Positions 38,801-64,000 of a stretch of DNA of 64,000 bases are shown piece by piece. The notes under the pieces were generated by a model, which was not told where the DNA came from, did not search any database, and worked only from the letters and a program-made list of their open reading frames with translations. The position numbers were made by a program, and so were the translations under genes. This stretch comes from Tubulanus polymorphus. Lineage: Eukaryota > Animalia > Nemertea. Where the stretch lies: assembly GCF_964204645.1 (NCBI RefSeq), contig NC_134030.1:479355-543354 (forward strand). Direction: 5' to 3'. Positions within the stretch are counted from its first letter, which is position 1; each line of letters opens with the position of its first letter.

Positions 38801-39569
38801 CACTTTTGGTCCAACTTTCATTGCGACCTTGAATACGTACCGGCCTTCATTTTGAACACATAGAATACATTAGTTAAAGGTTTTAGGTTTAACGTGTGTT
38901 TGATTTGGTTTGTTTCAATTGGTCACGCGACCAATTCATGATTCAAACCCATGCTGGTAAATAATGATCAATTTGTCACGTGTTGGACGACTGGTCCTGT
39001 GGTCTTAATGCATCAGTGATTTTCCGCAAAACTTTAATAGTATGAGTTTAACATTAATTGGCTTCATTTTAGACCGATTTATTAAGGTAGATAATCTCCG
39101 TGTATTGATTAGAACTAATTAAATGTGAGTGCTATTTTTACTTTAATTGAAACTCAGAGTTAACTCTAACTCACAACTGTGGAACTGGAACCTGAGTTCA
39201 GAGATAACTCTAACTCACAACTGTGGAACTGGATCCTGAGTTCAGAGTTAACTCTAACTCACAACTGTGGAACTGATTATTTTCATTTCGGGATGTTTTG
39301 TAAAATTTGGGGTCTCAAGGGTATTCTTGATATTTAACTCCCCCTGGTAGAGCATCAAAGAACTAATAAATAACTTACGCGGGTTTATTGGGATCATTAC
39401 TGTTAATTGGTGACAGATCGATAACACCGCTCCCATCGTCCATTCTACAGCTACATTCACTTTCCTTTATACACGATGTAGACGAGCATATTTGTAGATG
39501 ATAAACCAGGATTAAACAAGCCGTTATTAACAATCCACGCGCCCACTGAATCGATAATATCTCAACCAT
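35825..39569 (-). CDS. Cation-dependent mannose-6-phosphate receptor / ATG27-like type I membrane protein
   Basis: Seven in-phase exons: 39569-39379 (signal peptide; CSCRMDDGSGVIDLSPI), 38672-38588 (WYNPC), 38467-38358 (VCQ), 38284-38209 (VTLIC), 36569-36487 (LTVGSILCI), 36395-36269 (FFVLVCVYLVAG..G.EKIPN..MW), 35884-35825 (..GQYSQK*). The layout is typical of MRH-domain M6PR/ATG27-like proteins. Confidence 0.82.
36675..38177. repeat. G-rich 27-bp minisatellite forming an intron of the M6PR-like gene
   Basis: Repeated gggtacaggctggggagtgggtacc-type units. Confidence 0.95.
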
Positions 39570-39944
39570 CGCGATCGATTCCGGTGCCTTCTATACCGAC
39601 AAATACACAAAATCCTCTTCGAGAATTATCTGTATCACAAGACAAAGTGAAGATATTTATCGTGACCTATAATAAAAACTCACACCCACGTGATTTAAAC
39701 TTATCTCGCGGTATCGCGGTACACGTGACCTGTATTGTATTTATTCTAGGAGTGATTGATTAAAGTCATGTGACATTAAGAAGGTGTATGTGCTGCCCTG
39801 ACGATCATGTGACTGATCTCATGGTCGTCCCCGATCTCCTACATTTCACTTTAGACTGGCAGCAATGATTCTGTGTCGTTGAAGTATTTTTTAAAAATTA
39901 TTCTTGAAATTATTAGTGTCTGTGGACCGACGGCGCCGCGAGGT

Positions 39945-41320
39945 TCAGTGGTTGTATACCTCCGGAACCGCGAGGTCGTATACCTCCGGAACCGCGAGGT
40001 CGTATACCTCCGGAACCGCGAGGTCGTATACCTCCGGAACCGCGAGGTCGTATACCTCCGGAACCGCGAGGTCGTATACCTCCGGAACCGCGAGGTTGTA
40101 TACCTCCGGAACCGCGAGGTTGTATACCTCCGGAACCGCGAGGTCGTATACCTCCGGAACCGCGAGGTCGTATACCTCCGGAACCGTGAGGTTGTATACC
40201 TCCGGAACCGCGAGGTCGTATACCTCCGGAACCGCGAGGTTGTATACCTCCGGAACCGCGAGGTTGTATACCTCCGGAACCGCGAGGTTGTATACCTCCA
40301 GAACCGCGAGGTCGTATACCTCCAGAACCGCGAGGTTGTATACCTCCGGAACCGCGAGGCTGTATACCTCCGGAACCGCGAGGTTGTATACCTCCGGAAC
40401 CGCGAGGTCGTATACCTCCGGAACCGCGAGGTTGTATACCTCCGGAACCGCGAGGTCGTATACCTCCAGAACCGCGAGGTTGTATACCTCCAGAACCGCG
40501 AGGTTGTATACCTCCAGAACCGCGAGGCCGTATACCTCCAGAACCGCGAGGTTGTATACCTCCGGAACCGCGAGGTTGTATACCTCCGGAACCGCGAGGT
40601 TGTATACCTCCAGAACCGCGAGGTCGTATACCTCCAGAACCGCGAGGTTGTATACCTCCGGAACCGCGAGGCTGTATACCTCCGGAACCGCGAGGTTGTA
40701 TACCTCCGGAACCGCGAGGTCGTATACCTCCGGAACCGTGAGGTTGTATACCTCCGGAACCGCGAGGTCGTATACCTCCGGAACCGCGAGGTTGTATACC
40801 TCCGGAACCGCGAGGCTGTATACCTCCGGAACCGCGAGGTTGTATACCTCCGGAACCGCGAGGTTGTATACCTCCGGAACCGCGAGGTCGTATACCTCCG
40901 GAACCGCGAGGTTGTATACCTCCGGAACCGCGAGGTCGTATACCTCCGGAACCGCGAGGTCGTATACCTCCAGAACCGCGAGGTCGTATACCTCCGGAAC
41001 CGCGAGGTCGTATACCTCCGGAACCGCGAGGTCGTATACCTCCGGAACCGCGAGGCTGTATACCTCCGGAACCGCGAGGTCGTATACCTCCGGAACCGCG
41101 AGGTCGTATACCTCCGGAACCGCGAGGTCGTATACCTCCGGAACCGCGAGGTCGTATACCTCCGGAACCGCGAGGTCGTATACCTCCGGAACCGCGAGGT
41201 TGTATACCTCCGGAACCGCGAGGTCGTATACCTCCGGAACCGCGAGGTCGTATACCTCCGGAACCGCGAGGTCGTATACCTCCGGAACCGCGAGGTCGTA
41301 TACCTCCGGAACCGCGAGGT
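39945..41320. repeat. 24-bp CpG-rich minisatellite (about 57 copies)
   Basis: Unit GT(C/T)GTATACCTCC(G/A)GAACCGCGAG. Confidence 0.95.
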
Positions 41321-42112
41321 TTGGTGGCTAGGGTTGCATACCTCACTAATCCGTATTGAATGCGTTTAGAAGTCGATGAATAAATCAATAAGTCGTAATG
41401 GGACAAAAATCATTGACAAATCATGCGTCCCTCACCGATCGAGTTCATGAAGTTCGTGTTCTCTGGAGGGGTGGTTTCGGAGGAAGGGACAGCAGGGGCG
41501 CCGAATAAAAGAAGTTTTAGTTTTTGTGGATCTGCGGCCATTGGGGAAAGGAGTCTTCAATACTTGTCACATCGGTTTCTGTATCGGTTCTCTATCGAGG
41601 AGAGTAGAGAGAGGAGAGGGAAGAGGGGAGGGGAGGGGAGAGCGAGAGGAGAGAGGAGAGAGGGAGAGAGCGAGAGTAGAGAGTATAGGTTTTTTGAACA
41701 ATGCCCACGGCTAAGTTTGAAGTATTTCTTGAAAAACCGATGAGTGAAAATTCGACAGTTTTCATATCGAAAATTCATCCAAACGTAATTTAGAATTCAT
41801 CGACTTCAATCAATTCTTGCGTCTTGAGACGAAATAGTATCCAAATACAGATATATTCAACACAAGTCCAGCTAACATCTTGAGGATACTTCTGGTATTC
41901 CAGTGAGACTTACAGAGTGAGTGAGTGGTTCACTGGTTCCACAGAGACCGTGTGCGAGCGGCTGTGATCTGTAAACCACGTTCCATCCAGGAGACCGTAC
42001 ACACAGCGCACACCGTGACCGTACACACGGCGCACACCGAGATCGTACACACGGCGCACACCGAGATCGTACACACGGCGCACACGAAACGAGAAACGGG
42101 CACGATCTGAAA

Positions 42113-44277
42113 ATGACCGCGGACACTAAATGGAAGGCTCCCGCGCGATATGTCGCGTATCTGATGATTTTGATGACAATATTTATAAATTGCGAAACCG
42201 ATTCTAATGCTACATATTTACAAACTGATTCTGGCGTTTGGACCTGGAGCGGCAAAAGCAGTTCCAGTTCACAGCCAAAACAAAATTCATTCGTGAGATT
42301 GAAAAACAGACATAAACTGACTTTTGAACCGACAATAGAATTCAATTGGTTTAATTTCTATTTTTCCTGTAATTACAAACTGATCTCTGTTGATAAACGG
42401 GAAAAACATGCATTTATCAGATTTCCATCTGGAGGAATTTACATCAGATTCAATGATTCGACGCTGTGCTATTCGGACACGAGGAACAAGTTGTCTGAAA
42501 TGTCCAGTACATTTTGTAGTTCTGAACGAGTTACCCTCAACTCACCAACATTTTTCGAATTAAGGATAAATAAATCTGAACAATATTTAAACGTGATGAT
42601 TTGCGTGGACGGTAACTGTAACGAGAAAGCTCTAAACTTATTGAACTTCGATAAAAACAGTGTCAACACTGATTCGATGGTTATCGATGGTGCAAGAAAC
42701 CATAAATATGAAATTGGGAATCTGGTGATAAACAGCACAGTAGAATCGGGTAAGTGTTTAGATCTCTTCAATACTCAAACATAATGCATAAATCATAATA
42801 TAAAATATCTGTCAACCGTCAATTACGAGACAAAAGAAACGGATGCGATCGATTGTTGTTGATAAATTAGTTTTATTCCCGAAATGGAGAACTTGAGCTC
42901 TAAGTCGAAAAGGTTGTTATAATTCAACAATCGTCCATACTCAATTCAATATCTCAGAATCCAATACGTCACACGGTAAGCAGATTATATTCTTTCGAAA
43001 GGTAAGTTATTCAGTCTAATTTCTACTCTTTACCTGAGGTAAGCAGAATGATAAGTTCCTGGTGTACAACAATAGATTTTTTATTACGATATATCCTCTG
43101 GTTCCATGACTTTACCCAGTAATTACTGACACTGATTCAGAGTGGTCCTGATGCTGAATAGAGGATATACAGGGGTGTCCCGGGTTCGAACCCAGTAATA
43201 ACTGATACTGATTCAGAGTGATCCTGATGCTAAATAGAGGATGTACAGGGGTGTCCCGGGTTCGAATCCATTTATTACTGACACTGATTCATAGTAAACT
43301 CTTCAGCATTAAGAGAATAAATTGAACTAATTGCTATAATTTCATTTTTCACCATAATGCTTATCTTTATTCCTAAAATATCATTTTAACAAATCCAAGC
43401 TAATCTATTGTTTTGAGGTGAGTTTATTCCTCACATTATCTAATTTGTCAGCGATGAAGCGCCCAGTACAGCCGACTATAGAATCAGTGGTGTCGAAACG
43501 CTGGCATTCGTGATGAGTTCTCACCGACCACAGGCAATCCTTCACGCACTGTTTGCTGTTCTCCTTTTTGTCGCACAGGTTTTTCTTACAAGATTCTTTG
43601 ACCTGTTTCGCTCCGGGCCAATCGTATCCATGAACACAAACCGCTACTGATAGCACTATATCAACAGAGAAGTTAAGGTGTCCGAATTTAATTTTCAAAT
43701 TTGCCTTTTTACGTCCATGTTCAAAATGTTTAGATTCTTTGATCCGCACAATGTGCATTTTTCCACCTAAAGTCGTCAATAGTTAAATAACTTATTGGTT
43801 CTTACCTACAATAACACAGAGAACGAAGTTACGCATGTTGCCGCTAGGAGACCAAGGTACCGGAAGCTGTAATAATGGTTTGATGGGTCGGTAGCTCACG
43901 CAGTTATATATATACCAGAAAACACGTGATTTTATCAGTAGGAATAAAGATGAAAATATTGAATTAATGATCACACTATCAACTTTATGTCGTCTCTCTA
44001 TCAGTCTGTAGATATATATATTTGACCATGAGGAACTTTTCCCAGGGTTGAAATAATACAACTTCAAAAACAACTTCATGTTTATGGTGATAAAAATTGT
44101 AACCATAAACCAGATGATTGAGAATTCGTTAACACGATTTAGTTAAACCGCGACTACTTCATCGTATAGATTAAGCCAAAATAACATGATTTATAACATG
44201 ACTAACATTATTTATTTAAAATAAATAACATGTTTTATTTCCTATGATCTATAGGAATTACCCAGTCAGCAAGCTAA
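42113..44277 (+). CDS. Uncharacterised secreted or signal-anchored protein (about 220 aa, beta-strand-like composition)
   Basis: Non-repetitive ORF 42113-42749 with a hydrophobic N-terminus (YVAYLMILMTIFINC), ending at a strong donor G|gtaagt. A probable short last exon 44255-44277 (ctatag|GA..GITQSAS*) is followed by AATAAA at about 44288; this last exon is tentative. Confidence 0.6.
43405..43836 (-). CDS. Small secreted six-cysteine peptide, cytolysin A-III/parborlysin-like (putative toxin)
   Basis: Exon 1 43836-43806 (MRNFVLCVIV, G|gtaag) and exon 2 43655-43405 (atatag| acceptor) give 93 aa: 20-aa signal peptide plus YDWPGAKQVKESCKKNLCDKKENSKQCVKDCLWSVRTHHECQRFDTTDSIVGCTGRFIADKLDNVRNKLTSKQ. 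TATA box at about 43905-43913; AATAAA (minus strand) at 43366-43371. Confidence 0.85.
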
Positions 44278-44658
44278 AGATTCAATAATAAAAAGAACTA
44301 GAATCTAACTAGAAACAATTCGATTTATTTTATGATATCCATTTCCAGTTGAACAAGAGTTGATAAACTTATAAAATCATGAGTTGAAATTCCCGAAACT
44401 AGACCACCTCCATCCCCAAAGAAACGAAAACTAAAGTGAAGGTGCAAAAAAAATAAAAATGCATAACTGATTTTCTTCTGGGTCAGAAACGATATTTCAT
44501 TTATTATCAGCTCAATTTCAGCCGAATAAAAACTCGTAATCAGTCTATGATAAATACGTAGAACTAATTTCGGCTTGCATAGACAGGAGTGACTGTCTGA
44601 TAAAGCGAAAAGGCCGCCCTGCCACAAGACCAGGGGATCCGGAAACCGTGGTGAATGA

Positions 44659-45051
44659 GGGATGTACAGGGGTGTCCCGGGTTCGAACCCAGTAATTACT
44701 GACACTGATTCACAGTGGTCCTGATGCTGAATAGAGGATGTACAGGGTTGTCCCGAGTTCGAACCCAGTAATTACTTACACTGATTCTGAGTGATCCTGA
44801 TGCTGAATAGAGGATGTACAGGGGTGTCCCGGGTTCGAACCCAGTTATTACTGATACTGATTCAGAGTGGTCCTGATGCTGAATAGAGGATGTACAGGGG
44901 TGTCCCGGGTTCGAATCCAGTAATTACTGAAAGTGATTCTGAGACTATGCTGAATGTACAGGAGTGTCCCGGGTTCGAACCCAGTAATTACTGAAAGTGA
45001 TTCAGAGACTGTCCTGATGCTGAATGTACAGGTGTGTCCCGGGTTCGAACC
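44659..45051. repeat. Tandem repeat of about 76 bp with a tRNA B-box-like GGTTCGAACCC; also at 43113-43290 and 47232-47335
   Basis: gatgtacagggg at 44661 and 44737, and so on. Confidence 0.8.
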
Positions 45052-47509
45052 CTATCTGATATATATCGGTGATAGCGAATGTATTAAACTCGTGAATCTT
45101 TTATCGTCTGCAGATCTCAAAGATAAATTCAATTTCTCTCGTTCGATCAGATTGCGATTTCGCTCGTGGTATCCCATAACGGTCGCGAAATCGTGAAGTT
45201 TAGTTTCGGTTTTAGTCAGCAGGTTGTACGGTAAAGTCTTCGCTATTTTAATCAATAATAATTCCTTCTGATTGATTGTAGTTTTACGGCGTAACAGACG
45301 TTTTTCGGTTTGTTGATTTCGAGTCGATCGAGGAGTCGACGACGTCACGCTCGTCGCCGTTATCTTCATATTCGGTTGACTGCGTACGCTGCGCGGACTG
45401 GCGCGAGGGGTCGCCGGTGGAGACGGGCATATCTCTTTATCTAAAGGCTTTGATATCACGTGTATCGCCGGCAACGCACCGACTTCTGCTATATTCGTCA
45501 AACTTTTACTGAGTTTGTTTTTGATGATGGTTTTAGGCGTTTCGTCTTCATCTCGCTGAATGGATTCCGGCGCGCTCTTGCGGCGTCCGCACGAACTAAC
45601 ACCGTCGTTTTTAGCGCCGAACATTTTTGCGACCATTGTATTTCTTCTGACGAACATTTTCTAAAACCGAAATTTTTATGAAATAATTTCGGTAAAGTTG
45701 TTAAACGTTACGTAGTGAATGTATCTGTAGTAGACATTACACTAAATTGAAATGGAATTGACTATTTGGAAATGAAACTTGGAACCGGTCCAAAACTTGG
45801 AAGTGGAACTAGATCCAAAACTGTGGAACTGGGTTTAGAATTGTGGAACTTGATCTAGAAATGGATCTGGGCCATCCTGTAATTGTTAATTAAGCTGATC
45901 TCCGATATAATGTTTTATTTCAGATTGAGAAATAATGAATTAGAGACACCTACCCTTCGTGAATTCGTTTCTGTAGTAGATCCTTGCACCTGCTGCTGCC
46001 GCTGCTGCTGCTGCTGCTGCTCCTGCTGCTGCTGCGGCTGATTTTTACTACTCGTTTTTAAGTACGTCGACTTCGCCTTGGCGAACCTGTAATGGTGGAA
46101 TATGGAATGTGGAACTTTAGATGAGTCAGGTCCCGGCCGATTTTATGGCGATTACGATTGCGTCATAAAACCGCCGGCTTTCATATTGCGTACAGTCCAA
46201 TAAAATCTAATACCACAAAATATTATATTAATCCCGTAAATTCCTGAGTTTATTATATTCCCGAATTCCATTGTTAGTCATCTTAGTCATAATATTCGTT
46301 TTATATCTGGATGGTTGATTTCTGTCCGAATGGTTTCGAGCAGATTGATAATTAATTATTCATTATATTTATAATGTCGGGTAGGTATTCCATCAATATT
46401 GACAGGGGATGGCTTCAGGGGGGCTTTAGGGGATGGCTTTAGGGGGAGGGGGTGGCTTTAAGGGGATGGCTTTAGGGGGATGGCTTTAGCGGGTTGTCTC
46501 CAGTTCTCCGAGTCCCTACTTTTCGATTGATTTTTCCCTTTTTTTCGTCAAGTCAAAGATTCTTAAAATCTCCGAATTCGGCCCTCATATCTTTTAACAT
46601 GTATTTCTTAAAAATTATCTTTCTCCAAAGTTTGGGGGCATCGGTAGCGAATGACTTAGCTGCAATATCCGTGAAATGGGTGCCTTTTAGTTCCATCTGG
46701 ACCCCGGCCTCCCATGACTTTTTTTCATTAAAAAATTCAGAATAACAGTTAATTGAATTACGCCAACACTTTCAGGAACTCGTGTGTTAGATTTTCCTTT
46801 TCGATTCGAACCCGGGACCTCCACCGTCACTCACCGAATTTCATTGTTACCATCAAAGACGTGATCGATAAAAAACTGTCTTTGATCCCGAAAGATTTCT
46901 ATTTCTCTAACTCTACGTTCAGCCGCTAGGCGGCGTGTCTCCTCCGCGTGACGATGGGCTTCTGCTGGGTTTGTTTTCGTCAACGCGATTCCTACAAAAT
47001 GCGATTAATTCACTGTCAAAATTAAATCGTGCTGCCCACTACACCGTCCGGTGCTGCCGCTATGCTCAACATTAGCGGATTTTTCATACACTAACGGGAA
47101 TCGTCTCTGGCAATCAAGGAGAGTCCACTGCCAGAGTAAGTTCGTGTTAGTTTATGCAAAATCCGCTAATGTCGATCAAAGCGGCAGCACCGTACAGCAC
47201 AGTTTACTAACACGAAATTAGTGGAATAGCGGATGTACAGGAGTGTCCCGGGTTCGATCCCAGTAATTACTGATACTGATTCAGAGTGGTCCTGATGCTG
47301 AATAGAGGATGTACAGGGTGTCCCGGGTTCGGACCCGATCCTCGATACTGACCGTAATTAGTTTTATTGAGTTTATCAGCCTCGTCTGAAACTCGCTCAC
47401 ACTTTGATCGTCTGCGATTGTGAATTTTCTCCGTGGCGTCTCTCAGTATTTCCGACGCGTGTTTCTCCTCTAACGGTTTATCTATTGGATTCACCAGATG
47501 CGCTTCCAT
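45052..47509 (-). CDS. Uncharacterised basic, low-complexity protein (about 350 aa, with a polyQ tract)
   Basis: In-phase exons 47509-47353, 46991-46835, 46086-45954, 45660-45052. A probable non-coding exon at about 48083-48140 lies below a TATATAAAAG box at about 48170. No family recognised. Confidence 0.65.
47045..47195. mobile_element. Fold-back MITE-like hairpin in an intron
   Basis: cggtgctgccgct..cattagcggattt / aaatccgctaatg..agcggcagcaccg inverted arms. Confidence 0.55.
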
Positions 47510-50500
47510 TCTGTGTAATGATAACAATAAATCATTGCAATGATAATGATATGGATAATCTATTCCTTAAAAGCGCTTTAAGTTCAGTCTCAATGGTCTT
47601 TACAACAATATTGAAATTGACACATTTTAGTAGCTACCCTCCATCCCCTCCGTCCACCCTCAGTCTCACTGCTTTTACATCAAATGTTGTCCATTATTAT
47701 CATCTACCAAGATTATTTATTGTAATTATTATAAAGATTATTCTCAGAATATTATGCAAATTCTAATTTGATTTTTATATAATCATTACTACCATTATAA
47801 ATATCATCATCGTTACTTTATCAACATCATTAGTATAATGACTATTAATTAACAAACTGCTGCATCCTTTCTTGTTTATATTGCACCCGTTCTGCACGTA
47901 CTGTACGTGGGTCCAGTGCCTAACAATTTAAAAGTCCAGACCTAAAAACTAGCGCATGCAATGAATCCATCATTTAACATCTTTTGTTTATCCCGAATAT
48001 TGTGAAAACTTCCTTGTATAATTTTAATGTAGTAAAATGAACAATAAATTATTATCTATAATATTCTGCGCATATTTTTTACCTGTTAATTTGAATCCTC
48101 GTAATATCCCCTCGTCCGCGGCCACAACCTGCTGTTTGAGGTGACAGGGTCGTGTGTACTTTTACTTTTATATATAACCCTATAAATATCAATCGTTCTG
48201 TTGAACTATCACACGCCGAATCTTGCAATTTTCAAAAAGATTAAATCAACGTTTCGTTTATGAATTGAACCTTTGTTTCACAACGCACGCGTAATTAGTT
48301 CTAAAGCGTCGATTGGATTAACGAGGATTGGATAATCTCAAAGCGATTATCTCGCAGAGATTATCTCTGTTAACACAAGTCTCGTATAGTTGCTATAAAC
48401 AAACGATCATTGACGATACAACCGAACAGTACGACGGGCAAATAATTAGAAAAAAAGGTTGATCGATTTTCTAGTGTCCTAAAGTTCGCTGTAACGAGCT
48501 GTATAAAATAGAACCTAGACCATTTCACTGGTTCGAATTCGATCGATTTTTGCTTCAGCTGAGATTGAAACACGATTATAAATTGTGTATATCATTTTGA
48601 CGGCGAGTTGGGAGAAAACGGACTGAAATACGTGACAAAACGTAACGCAGTAAGACCTGCAGAAATATATTCATGACTTGTCGGTTACTGCTGTCGACAA
48701 CTTGTCAACTTGTCAACTTACACGCACACGTGTGACCTTTTCGCACCCGTTCTAGACCCCACCCCATACCCTCCCCACACTCCTCCCTCCCCACACTCCC
48801 CTCCCCACACTCCCCCTCCCCACACTCCCCACTCCCCACATAGCGAGCGCCTGAACTACTGTAATCCAATTTTATCACCAATCACGTGTTGTCAGGAAAT
48901 CATTGACACTTTCCACGTGTGACCTTTCGTGTGACCATAATCCACCTCACCTTAGTTCCACATTGAGGCTGATTCTAGGAACTGTGGAACTGTGGATCTG
49001 TAGAATTGGATCATGAATTGTGGAAATGAGTCTAGAACTGTGGAACTGCATCCTGAACTGTGGGACTGTGGAACTGAGTCCTGAACTGTGGAACTGAACT
49101 GTGGAACTGCATCCTGATCTGCTGAACTGTGGACCTGTGGAATTGAGTTCTGACGTGTGGAACTGAAGTTTAGAACAGAATCCTGGATCCTGTACTGTAA
49201 TCTAATTGTAATCACACACGTCACGTGATGGTCACACTTTCCAACGTAATTGACGTTAACTGACAAATTCACGTTGATTCTCGCTGATTATCGCGTGATT
49301 CACGAGAGATGGAATTAGAATTTGATTGCGTAGCGAACCGATATAAATCACTAACCCCCCTCACCCCTCCCCTCGCCCCTCGCTCCCCTCCCGCCCGTAT
49401 AACGAGATTTGTGTTTGATTAGCTACTGCGCAGAACCACGTGACTTCGTGTCCTAGAATTCATAATCGTCATAGATACTGCCAACAATAGTCTACAACAA
49501 CCAATTTCAACGTCCGTATCGGTGAGATGTGGCTACGGTGTGATGAAGGGTCAGTAGAGGTTTGACTGTGATCAGTGGGGCAGAAGGCAGGTACAGTGAT
49601 AGATGACATTGATGCCATCGATGACGTCATTTATTAGCGCCACCTAGCGAGTAGAGCAGACACGAAACCGTCAGTGTATAATCATATCCTAGACATAGAC
49701 TCAGTGAGTTCCCCTCGCACCCCCTGCCCCTCCCCCTCCCCTCCCTCCCCTCCCCCGGTTTAATATATGACTGGCTCCTGTTGACGATGTGATGATGTTG
49801 TGGCGAGTACGCAGCCAGTCTAGTTCACTAATTCGATACCAGGTGTCGCCTCTGTCGCTCGTCACGCACGGAATGCGACGGATACCAGAGAATCATAAAA
49901 CAATCGGAGAAACGACAGATAAAGTGGAGTAGGTGGATAGATGTGGAACTTCCATCCACAGTCCACATTATAAGTGGGATTAAGTTACAGCTAAAAAAAA
50001 CACGGAATACTGGACCAAAATACTGGACCACACCACTGGATCATAGTTCCGGACCACAACTCAATTATTCGTATTGAATGTACGTAAGTTAAAGTATTGT
50101 TTGAAATATGTTGGTTTTATCCGATTTTATTTATTTCGGTATTTCTGGAAAAATGTATCATTTCCATCGGTTCCTTCGAATCGTTTATCGGATATCGACG
50201 GCGGATATTTTGAGAGAACCGTTTGATATATCAACGGCGGTATTGATACATCGACGGACTCGCTATTTGATATCTGAGATTATAACAGAATTGTCGATAT
50301 CTCATATTGTGGTAAATGGAAAAAAGCGTCACCCAATCAATCGATAGTATTGATTGAGTTGTTTGATGTTCTGTATGCTAATGGTTTGTTCGGCGAATGA
50401 CATAAGATACTTTCTGTCGTGCACATTTTACTGTATCTACATGAATTAACTTCAAGTTTATGCCGCAAGCGAGAAACAGAGAATTTATTTAATCCATTAA

Positions 50501-51075
50501 AAAAAATCCCCGCAATAACCTTATCTGGTCAGGGTTCAGGTCACGAGTCTATAATTGGGATTCGAGCTCCACGCTCTATCGACTGACTTGATAGAACCTT
50601 CAAACGTAGTCACTAAATCCTTCACCAAAAGTGATTAACAACTGATAATCGCTTACTACGATTAACTATTGTTTCTGGTCTTCGTTTTAAATTGCTTTAA
50701 CTTCACTCAGTTCGCCCGATTATTTTGTTAATATTCTATGAATGTATTCTGAATCAGTTCGCCTGGACGTTGACTAATAGGCTATGTCGCTACAAACACA
50801 TACACACGGCTGAATTCATCGTGGAATTTCTAACATAAACTGATTGAATTTCATTTTGTAGGAATTGAATTTGGATGCATTGATCTATTGAATATAACGA
50901 CTGAAATCCCGAGTTTGTTATGGATTCTAAGTGTTCCGAGTCGGGATAGTTACCGGGGTCAGGAATCCACCGCTCATTCCCTGGCAGTGGTAACGGGTCA
51001 GGAATCCACCGGTGCCTTCTCGGATCAGGATAGTTTATATCCAGTATCCCGAATCAGTAGTTGAACTAACCGGAT

Positions 51076-64000
<12,925 letters not shown>

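Noticed and set aside
39873-41406. ORFs of about 500 aa (VVYLRNRE / IRPRGSGG repeats)
   Set aside because: Produced by a 24-bp tandem repeat open on both strands, with no unique coding flanks or splice support.
43656-43779. N-terminal 41 codons of the track ORF 43405..43779
   Set aside because: This part is intron; the signal peptide starts in the upstream exon at 43836.

Overview
Eukaryotic, intron-rich invertebrate DNA. It is probably lophotrochozoan; a cytolysin A-III/parborlysin-like gene hints at a nemertean, but that is inference. Nine protein-coding genes were assembled by hand from GT-AG exons: activin type II receptor (+, first coding exon unresolved); CFAP126/Flattop (-) head-to-head with POFUT2 (+); an intronless, signal-less R-S-E ADP-ribosyltransferase (+); a CD-M6PR/ATG27-like membrane protein (-); an uncharacterised secreted protein (+) whose probable intron hosts an antisense 93-aa six-cysteine peptide resembling nemertean cytolysin A-III; an uncharacterised basic protein (-); and a DEG/ENaC (ASIC-like) channel (+, runs off the window) carrying tRNA-Met and an antisense METTL27-like gene in its introns. 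Most long ORFs in the supplied track are artefacts of minisatellites. Top observations: (1) the divergent cytolysin-like toxin gene; (2) minimal Penelope-type hammerhead ribozyme motifs, including a 69-bp tandem array in sense orientation inside a channel intron; (3) a 28-29-bp hairpin element with 7-bp target-site duplications at two loci; (4) an ART gene bracketed by a direct duplication; (5) telomeric-motif palindromes in a bidirectional promoter.
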